Below, one piece after another: positions 1-10,362 of a stretch of 64,000 nt of DNA. The stretch is from Sphagnum compactum (Eukaryota). The notes under the pieces were generated by a model. The model was given only the letters and a program-made list of their open reading frames with translations. It was not told where the DNA came from and searched no databases. The DNA is taken from the NCBI GenBank assembly GCA_965153455.1, contig OZ234493.1:32292213-32356212 (forward strand). The letters are read 5' to 3'. Within the stretch, counting starts at the first letter, position 1, and each line of letters begins with the position of its first letter. The position numbers and the translations under genes were made by a program.

Positions 1-3000
1 CAGTCCCGGCGTAGCAAGTCCGGGCTTTGATGGTGCTAAGCCATCTGTTACGAAAAAAAGTCTAGCTAGTACCATCTTGCTTCCCAAGTCGAACGCGCAT
101 GTGGACAGCGGCTTCAGCACATTGAATGGTTCAACTGCAGTTGATCATAGAATTCAGATTGATCCATTGGGTGTCTCGACAACAGCCGCCGCGGCCGCGT
201 GGCTATGCGATGCTTTGGAGAAAGTGCTGGTGTGGATGTTTGTAGACACTGATCAGCAAGGAAAGAATTCACCGTCAAGTTCCCATTTTCATCTGACCGG
301 CTACTACGCACCAGTGTCTGAGACAGACCCGACTTCCAATCTCGCCATCTCTGGATCAATTCCTGTGAGTCTATACAATCTACTACTATCTCTCACAATA
401 ATATATTTGTAAAGTTCTTGTCTATTGATCAAATTAGCACAACCCAATCACTAATTCTTGCCAGAGAATTTCTTTCGAGAATCCTAAATTCGGTCTAGCC
501 CAGGCCTAAACCCCAAACCCTTTTCTTTCCCGAGATACTCAGTGGATATCTGGTGGGTATGGTACGATGGAAAGAAAACAATGAAATCAACAGCACATGG
601 GAATTTCAGAAAATGGAGTGCCCACACTTGCAGGGTGTTTCATCTTCTCATATGGTCGTCCCCTCAGCTTTTTATGCTATGCGAAGTGCTCTCTAAATGC
701 ACTAGAGAAAAATCCAAGGAGGTGTCTTTGCTTGAGCAGATGGTGCAAAGCTCACGTGTTAGCGTGAGCTAGGTGAATGCACCTAAATATAATGAGCAAG
801 GTGTGAGGCCATTCCATGACATAATGGGCAAGGGGCCAGTCCATTCCATGACATCAAGGTTTGGGGTGGCAGATTCAATGGTTTCTTAGAATGTCACTGT
901 TGGTTCAAAAGACATTTTGGTCACTATTATGAGTGTATGGTCTACGGTCATCAATTTGGAAGATTATGTTGTATAATGTGGTTAAAACAAAAAGACATAA
1001 TCTGCCACCCCAGACCTGAAGGTATTATGGAGTGTGCTGAGTACAGGCCATTGCGCTTGTTGAGGTGTTGTCTGTGAGGAATTTAGGCGAGTTCTGAAGG
1101 TTGAGCCAAAATTCCTGAACTGACCAGTGAGCCAAATTTTCAATCTTCAATCTTGGGCCTGTATCCAGCACACTACATAACATAATGGTTTTCATGATTT
1201 GCGCAACAGACATGTGAATGGGCATGAGGATTTTGAACAATGGAATTAGGTCAGGTAGATCCAGAAAGACTTGTTCATTGTGCCTTTAGAAAACCATTAT
1301 TACTGTACTTCTGTCTTAAACAACAAATGTCAGCATATCTTGTAGAAATGTTATATTGGTCACAACAACCTGGAGTTTGGTGCTTGTTTCTCAAGGGTTC
1401 ATTTTCTCTTGTTGCACCAATTCTAGCCTAGTTGTATATATCAAAAGGAAATCAGCTTGATTGAGAGTTGTTGCAGTGCAACAACAAAATAGCTCTTGAT
1501 CAATCTTCAAGCAAACAGAGCAGACTTTGTGCGAATTTTTAAAAATCTGAGCGAGTCTCATCTTCTTCTCTTCCAATTTCTTGACAGGAATGTTTGAATG
1601 GGGAGTTTGTACATGTTACACCAAATCCAAAATTCAATCCAGTTGCTTATTACCATTGGTAAAAATATGCCCACTTCCTTCACTTTTTCCTAGCTAAATT
1701 TCTTTCCTCTTTTAAAAAGGTCTTGGTATGATTTGCTAAATTGATTGCAAAAATGAATGACTTGTGGCTTATTTGTTTCTCAGCATCTAATGAATGGTAT
1801 AGCTTGTTGGTCCTTCCCTTCAACTTCGTGTTTGGTTTAAGTAGCTTATGTGATTGAAAGGTGAATGTGAAGTGCCTCAATCTAGTCTTTTATGGTATAG
1901 CTTGTTGTTCCTTCCTTACATAGAGCTATTTTAAATGCAAGAATGTGTGCATGCATGCATGTCTTTGACTTGATGATTATAGATCATCTTCATGGTCTTT
2001 ACTTATAAGCAACAAAATTTAACTTATTTTGAAAAATCAAGCATAAAGAGAGAAATTTTCATTTTGAGCAAATTGTGTTACACCATGGTGGTATTTTATC
2101 CCTTTGGAGGCATAGCACAATTTCAAAGACCGTAGATTGCACAATTGTGGATTAACCTTGTTAGTGACTTTTTTTGGGGGGTGGTGTTCATTGATCTTTG
2201 TGTGTAGGTTTGATGGAGATGGGTATGATGTCTTTGACTTATTCCATTTTTATTTCTATTCATTTGTGACATCATATGAGACCTATGAAGCCTTCTAAGT
2301 TAGTATGTTTGACACACAAAACACTTCAACATAGTGCTTTCATTCAAGAGTAGTCTGTTTTCCTTCTTTGAATCTCATGAGGTTCAACATATTATCAAGC
2401 CATGAATCATATTTGGTGGCTTAAATCAAACACACATTTGTGTAGTGTTCAATTTGTGCCATCAAGTGTAATTCAACGAGAAGATTCCCCATGTTGTTCT
2501 ACAAGGGGGATATACAACTTTGCACATTTTTTCAGTGGGTATTTATGAGCATGTGCTTTAGAACCAAAGCTCATCTTGTGAAAATTTTAATTCCTTGTTT
2601 GGAATTGAGATCCCCAAATATACAAGTGACTTTTTGTTCATCACATTAGTTAGAGAAAGAGTGAATCGGGAAATGGGTTTGATGTAGTTTGCTTCATGGA
2701 TTGAGAATTAAGGATGGCAAGGCCACATACGTTGCACGGTTTGTGAAAACCTCAAGACTGCAACAAGAGGAGTATTATGGTGCAGCAAAATTTATAAAGG
2801 CAAGTACCTTTGTACTCAAGATGATTTTACTTGCTGAAACAAATATGCCACTTAGCATTTAAGTCATTGTTATTGCTCTTTAGCACAATTACATTTTGTA
2901 ATTGCTAGTTAGTTGTAGACAATTCTTTGCTTGGTGCAAGTGTTATGTGAACTAGATTAAAATTTGTAATATGCAATATACAAGAAGCAACGAAAGTGCT

Positions 3001-6000
3001 GCACAATTTTCTCAATGACATAATTTCAATGTAAATATGTGGTTTGAAATGTCATAGCTTGGGGATATGCATGGCGTGAAAGGCATTTTTTTCAGCTTAC
3101 TTTTTAGCCTCCGAGTTAAATTAAGGGTTATTGACATCTCAAATGGATATGGAACAGGTATGTGTGGTGTGATTACTGTTTTAACAAGATCAAAGAGGAT
3201 GGGTCACATGCTTTGTGTCTTCAAATTGTGTGATTATCTCATGAAGTGCTTGATGTTAAAAAATAATGGTGGTTAAAATAGGGTTAAAAATCCACATATT
3301 TAGCATTGTTACCATAGTTCAAACTTGACAAATTGGATTTTTTCAAGTCTAATCAAGGTGACCTAACATATTTTGGGATGATTTTAGACCACACCTATAT
3401 CTTCGAGTAGAATAAAATGTAGCCTTTGATGGTTGGCTTTCATCTTGCAAAAGAATACACATAAACGTTAGTTTGGACCAACAAGGTTTAATAGGTTGAG
3501 AATTAACTTGATGCAAATGTGAGAATATATAGCTTTTAATAATACTATAAAAGGATTGTTGAGCATCTTGCAGGAAATACGGCTCTTGTCTACCACAATA
3601 AACAACTTCTTGTTTTGCATGAGAATGATTTTCCATGTAAGATTTTTTATTCATATTTGAACTATGCGTGTTGGATACATGGTTTATAAATTGTTCATTT
3701 ATTATCAATTTCTTTTTCTTTTTTTTTCCACCCTAACATTAAAGTTCAAATTTTGATGGAAGGTAAGTTGTTTCAAGGCTTTTAAAAGTAGGTACACATT
3801 TTCAAAATTGGAATTTCCTTAAACAACCTTGTCTTTGCATTTGACATATAAAATTATGATATTGTGGACATTTGCTTTGTGACGAAGGTTGTCTATTGTT
3901 GAAAGATGATTTTGGTAGATGGTCCTTGCAGATGTAATTAGGGTGTTGGAAAATGGGGAGTTGGAGACAATTGGGCGAAAGTACTTAAATCCATTGGCAA
4001 ATCGATTTAACGCTCACCCAAAAATTGATCCTTTCACAGGTTTGATAGCCAACCCCCATTTCTTGTAGTTGCAAAAGCTCCACATACTTTGGTTGTAAAT
4101 ATTTACTAATTTATAAGAATTTATAGGTGAGTCATTGAAGTAGTTATGGATCTTCAAGTTGAAATGAGTTTCAAAATACATATGATAGATTTACATGGGT
4201 CATTCAACTTCCAAGTCATTCGAATGGTTACGAATCTTGAATTTGAAAAGGGCCTCCAAAATTATATGGTAAATTTACATGGGATCATTCTACTTCCAAT
4301 GCACAAATGATTGGTGATGTAGGGGAAATGTTTGGTTTGTATTGGGACTTCATGGAGCAGCCATACTGCACATATCAAGTTTTCTCAAAAGAAGGAGTTT
4401 TGATGAAGCCAGTGCCCATCACTATACCAGAGGGTGTTATGATACATGATTTTGCCATCACTGAGAATTATGCTATTATTTTGGACCTTTCTTTATTGAT
4501 AAATCCTAAGGTGTGTATTTATAAACCAACAAGAACAATTTTTAGACATTTTTTTAGTTAAGACCTCGAAAATGCCAAATTAAAAATCATTTTTTGTGTC
4601 CCCTAAATTCAAGGGTTGATGTGTGGGGTTGCATAGTCAAAGGAACTAATTAAGGGGAGGAGGGGTTAGTCCCCATATACCCACATACCCCCATTTGACT
4701 AACCCCCTTTCCACTTGTGTGCCATTGATTGTGCACCCCAAAGGGCTAGTCTTTCTAGATTCCATTACTTGCAAAATATATCATACATGTATGATGTCAT
4801 AACTAATAATTTTGCAAAATATGATCCAATGTCTTTTCACATAAATTATTATTATCTTATTGTGATTCAGCATTTTGTTGAAGGGGAACATGTTTACAAG
4901 TTTGATGCAAGCAAAGAATCACGCATAGGTTTGCTCCCACGATATGCCAAAAATGAGTCAGAGATACGTTGGTTCATCATTCCACCATGCATGATCTTCC
5001 ACCTTTGTAAGTACTCAATAATTTATTGGTGTTTTATTCGAATGATATCAAATTCAAGTGTTGAAGGAATATATATGCTAATGATTTTGGAATTTCAAGA
5101 AATAGATGATTGTAAGTTGCTTATATTCAACTTATATAACATTACATTGTGCAATATGAGCTTTTCTTGTTTTTTTTCTTGTGGTCTTGAAATGATTTAC
5201 ATAATTGATAATATTTAAGAATATTTTGTCCTTCCAATTTGTCTTGTTGCTATTGCAAAGGAAGTTAAATTTATTTGGATATTGTTGTGTTGTTGGCAGG
5301 TAATGCATGGGAAGAGACTGATGAGGTTGTCTTGATTGCATGTCGAATGTCAACAATTGATTTCACATATTTCATAGATTTTCACCAAGACAAGGTTATG
5401 AAGTCTCGAGCCTTATTGTAAGTTTTATCTTGTCTATCATGTTCCAAATTTGGTTGGTGATTTCATATTCATTCATATTGTTGATGCTTTGAAATTCAAT
5501 TCATAACGGTTGAACCTTATACAAATGCATAGTAGTGTTCTTGGTTTCAAAGTATAAAATTATGATTTTGATTGAATTTTAACCACTCACCAATAATCAT
5601 GTATATTTTGGGTATAGGTATGAGTTTAGGATGAATATGAGGACAGGGAACGTAACACAAAAGCAACTATCAACATTGACAATTGAATTTCCAGAGATCA
5701 ATGACAAGTACACTGGCCGGTAATGAGATGATGGCTTGCCATAAGATGGTTTTGTGATGTTTTTGCTTAAGTTTTATGCCAAGTTGAATCATGTTTATGG
5801 TGCACATCATATTCATGCTAGACAAGGGCATAAATGAACTTGTAGCTTTGGATAATAAACATAGGTCTCATTTTGTTCATTTTTGGATATTGGGTGGATA
5901 TCCTTTAAACATGTTTGGTTGCAAAAATATAAGTTTTTCCTGGAGGTTTGTAAGTTGTTTTTTTATGTGTGATGAGAAACTTATAACAACTTCACAATTG

Positions 6001-6903
6001 TTGTATGTAGGAAACAACGATATGTATATGGAAGTATAATGGATGATATGTTGAAGGTTGTTGGTGTGGCTAAGTATGATCTATCTTTGGAACTTGAGCT
6101 TGGCACAAGAGATCTAAAAATTGGAGGGAACATCAAAGGTTTGTTTCTTCATGGAGATGGGCGACAAGGATCAGAGCCTATTTTTGTCCCTCGTACTCCT
6201 AGCAAAGAATTACTTGAAGATGATGGCTACCTCATTTGTTTTGTGTATGACACAAAAGTTGGGTAAGTCTCTTTGACAATATGATCAATATAATTTTGTG
6301 CATTTCATTTGGTGTGTAGGATTGTGATGATGATATTTTGCATGTTCATAGGTAATAAATCTGTTCATGAAATTATATAGGAGGATAAAATACATGGGTT
6401 GATGACAAGATGTAGCATTAGTAAATGCCTTGGGTTGAATAAGCAACTCTAAAATGTAGAAATTGGTTTTGTGCAGATGTTCTGAAATGGTGATAATTGA
6501 TGCTAAAACGATGGCATCCAAACCGGTGGGTGTTGTCAATTTACCAACAAGGGTGCCTGGTGGATTGCATTCAATTTTTCTATCCGAGGTTTGCATCTCA
6601 CCTCATTTTGCTATGATTTGAAAAAATACAAACAAATCATATTAAATTTGTTTCATATTGCACAAAGGCCAACAAGTTAATGCTAATGTTTGCACACACA
6701 AGGTAAATATTTTATTGTAAGGTCTAGAATGGATGCTCAATGATAGGTGTTTCAATTTTAACTTATCTCAATTTCAATTATCTCAACTTTTGTTATGAAT
6801 AACTTTTCATTGAAAATCATGTTGTAGGAGTTATTAATATATATAACATTGCCTAACAAGTTGTTGGCATGCATTTTAGGAACAATTGAGCGATCAAGGG
6901 TAA
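1..6903 (+). CDS. CCD1: Carotenoid cleavage dioxygenase, CCD1-like (RPE65 superfamily); 5'-partial, 14 exons
   Basis: Manually spliced exons: <2-364, 1588-1658, 2208-2222, 2688-2799, 3058-3157, 3574-3636, 3932-4039, 4323-4510, 4871-5006, 5300-5417, 5618-5719, 6011-6262, 6477-6588, 6880-6903 (TAA). They join in frame to 587 aa within the window. Collinear with Arabidopsis CCD1 motifs: [118 protein letters not shown]. All four Fe-binding His are present. Confidence 0.93.
837..1039. mobile_element. MITE-like fold-back element in CCD intron 1
   Basis: Left cattccatgacatcaaggtttggggtggcagatt is near-reverse-complementary to right aatctgccaccccagacctgaaggtattatggagtg (~34 bp imperfect TIR). No clear TSD. 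Confidence 0.6.
4624..4740. repeat. Small fold-back (MITE-like) element in CCD intron 8
   Basis: Nested inverted repeats: tggggttgcatagtcaa/ttgattgtgcacccca (outer) and ggggttagtc/gactaacccc (inner). Confidence 0.5.
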
Positions 6904-8822
6904 ATGCACATGACATTGGAAGTCATAGTGGTAATTTTTTTGGGTTAGTCAAACCTTGTTGTATACAAGTCAACTGCATTTGAGAAATTTAATAAAATGG
7001 GATTTTGAAATTGATATTTTAATTTTCCCAACTCCAAAAAATTTACATCAAAAATGTCATTGTTCAATGAAAGGTAGATTTTACAATGTAGGGTACATTT
7101 TGTGTCATAGTCCAAAAACATTTTGGTTATGAACTTTTTTCTTCCAATGGAATTAGAAAACATGTTCACAACTTTGCTTGGGACCTTATTTTTGAAAGCT
7201 TATGACACTTAAGATAAAAAAATCAAATTGTAAAAGGTTTTTTGCTATTTTAAAGACTCAAAATGAAAACATTAGAAGCCTTTTAAAGAGGGATGGAGGT
7301 GTAAATTTGATTTTTTTATAGAAAAATTCATTTATATATTTAAATTGATTTTTTCAAAAGCCATATTTACAGATGTATTTAAAAAAAATTAAATTAAGGA
7401 AAATTGAACTTGGACATGTAAAAATAATTTCAATGTCATTTAATTTTTTTTATTTGAAGTCCAATTTCATTGTGCTCAAAATATATTAGATATTGGACTC
7501 TCATATTGGTCTTTCAATTGCCCATTTTGGTCCACCTTATTGTGCATTTAGCATGAAAAGGGAACACCAAAATGATTAAAATATGTTTACTTATATATAT
7601 ACTTTTAAACTATAATTCAATATGAAAAAATATAAGATTTTACAATTGGGCTTGCAACTCATGGTATTTATACAGCCTTGAGTGTTATTGGACAAGTTGC
7701 AACAGTTGTAGTGGACATTCGATGTCATATACAATATTGTATATATAATGCAACTCACATGCAACTATATGCAACTTCTTTACAACTAATCTTCATGTTA
7801 GATTCCCACACTCATTCCAATGTGATGAACAAAATGTCAACATGACATTTCATCCATTTGTCAACAAATGACATATGTTAATACCTTTTGCAATTTATTT
7901 ACAACTATTTTATAATTAGCTCAACGAATGTATTCTTTTATTATATTATTCATCAATTTGACAAATGGATTCTAAATATCCTTATGTTTTACAACTTACT
8001 TACAACTATTTTATAATTAGTTTAACAAATATATTTTTAAATTATTTCATTCATCCATTTGAACAATGAATTTTGTTCCTATCCTTTGCAACTAACTTAC
8101 AACTAAAGATGAAATGAAAATAAAAGATATAGTGACTAATTTGTAACTAGGTGTTTAAATTTGGGTTTCAAAGTAATTGTATGGTAGTTGATTTTAGTAG
8201 TATTAAATAACTAAATTGCAACTTACAATGCAATTATCCAGACTTCACACAACCATTGTCATGTTGTTCTAATTATAATATATAATGTTGAATTGCATTG
8301 TATATCATTATTTATAAACATGAAATAGATTTGAAACTTTAAATACATTTACATTCCATGTTGAAGAATACATTACAAAAAAATTAGAAAATGTTTATAT
8401 CAAAAGACAATTTAACTATGAAACTCAACATAATGCCCAAACTATATAACAAACATTTTTTTCTATTTAAACAAAAGGTCAGATCATCAAAATGATGACC
8501 CACAACAATCAAATATTATCATTTAAAAAAATTATGTTTCATAAATGAATGTTTTCTTCTATTTTTTTTGAAATGAAGCTTGAGCCATGCAATTTTTTCA
8601 ATGCACATTATCTATTTGAAATTTACCATGTTATGATGTTTAATTCCACATGTGAAATAAAATCAATAACATATCATAACATTATAATGTCAAAAATATG
8701 TAAATAATCCCTTCAACTTGAATAAAACTAGTTTACAATTACATTGCCACTAACATGCAACTTATTTGTCACTAAAATGCAACATATAGAACATTGATGC
8801 AAATTAAATTATAATGTGTACA

Positions 8823-8980
8823 CACTACTAGGAAAGTGTGGTGTAATTCACTAGGCTATTTCATTGGGCAACCATAAAAGTGAATTAAGTTCACTATAAT
8901 TTCACCGCCCTTACCTTCATTGGTGAAAATGGTTCACTATATGGTGTACATGTTTACTAAGGGTGAAGTTTGTTTACTAG
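8823..8980 (+). mobile_element. Orphan CACTA left end nested in the 7618-11115 element
   Basis: CACTACTAGGAAAG followed by GTGTAATTCACT and TTCACTA/GTGAA subterminal motifs, which are shared with the 155-bp MITEs. No matching right end found. Confidence 0.5.
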
Positions 8981-9964
8981 GTTTTTTTTTAAAAACATTA
9001 TTAAAATAATTATTGAAAAATCTCTAGTTAATTGGGTTTAGGGCATTAGTAAATTAATTAGTTAAATGTGACATATTTTATCTATATATTCCCATTTCAA
9101 GCATTGATCATGCGTTTGATGATTATTTTCACCTACATTTTTACTTTTGCTTTTGGAGGAGGGAAAAATTATGGATGTGGTGGAAAAATAATGGTTTGAC
9201 TTTCTTGTGCACGATATTGAGGTAGCATGCAGAAGATAAAAACCACTCATTCCCATGTGGGACAATACAATATGAAGCTTTTAAATCCTTAAGTTGTGAG
9301 ATGTCCAACATATGCTAGGTCCATATTGAACTTTTAATGATGCTCCAAATACATGTGTGAATGTGGACTAGCTAAGGCCATAGCCAAAATCACTACATGT
9401 TTGTTCTTCCTGCATAAACAGTAGGTTCAACATGGGTATTTAGTTGAGGCATTGTTGAGAGTCTAGATGCTGGCCATCATTTGTGACAGGCGAAACACAG
9501 TGCATGTAAACTGTTTTTGTGACAAAAAATGCATTGTTATAGGGGATCTTTGTAATTGTGTGAATAATTTTTGCAACCTAATTGTGACCAACAATTTCAC
9601 AATTCAGGTGTGGCCAGCAATGCATCTCAAGCTCTAAGGGCGTGTCCACAATCAAGTTCTGATGCAGAGAGGAGTCATGGATACAAATACAACAAGAAAA
9701 TAGGCGGGTGAAATGTATGGCATGTGGGATGATGTCAAATCTGTAACTTTTGGAAGGCATCCATGCAAACTTGAAATAGAAGCAATTAGAGTCCATAAAA
9801 GCTCATGTTTACCAATAAACTTGGAAATCCATCCCCTCCTTCATGACCTCCTCCAAGACTTTTGAAAATAAAATAAAATATTGTGTTTACAATTAGGTAA
9901 ATTGAATGACAATTTTAAGTACTTTTGAAAATGTTTTACCTTGTATACATAATTTTAATTACAA

Positions 9965-10362
9965 CCAAAAGCAAAAACCTTCAACATTTAAGAGTAAGAG
10001 TTAAAACTTTTAACATCTAAAAACAAAAGTAAAAACTTTCAACATTTAAGAGTAAGAGCAAGAACTTTCAACATCCAAAACCAAAAGTAAAAAATTTGAA
10101 CATCCAAATGTAAAAGTAATAACCTTTAACATCAAAAAATAAAAGTATGAACCTTTAACATCCAAAAGTATGAGCAAGAACCTTCAACATTAAAAAAAAA
10201 CAACAAAAACCTTCAACATTCAAAAGTAAAAGCAAAAATTTTCAACTTCTCTAAAAGCAAGAACCTTCAACCTCCAAGAGTAAAAACAAAAGCCTTTAAC
10301 CTTTTTAAGAGTAAGAACAAGAACCTTCAACCTTCAAATTTAAATACAAAAGCCTTCAAATC
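9965..10362. repeat. 29-bp minisatellite, ~14 degenerate copies
   Basis: AACAT anchor recurs at 9983, 10012, 10041, 10070, 10099, 10128, 10157 and 10186. Consensus is about AAAAGYAARAACCTTYAACATYYAARAGT. Confidence 0.85.
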
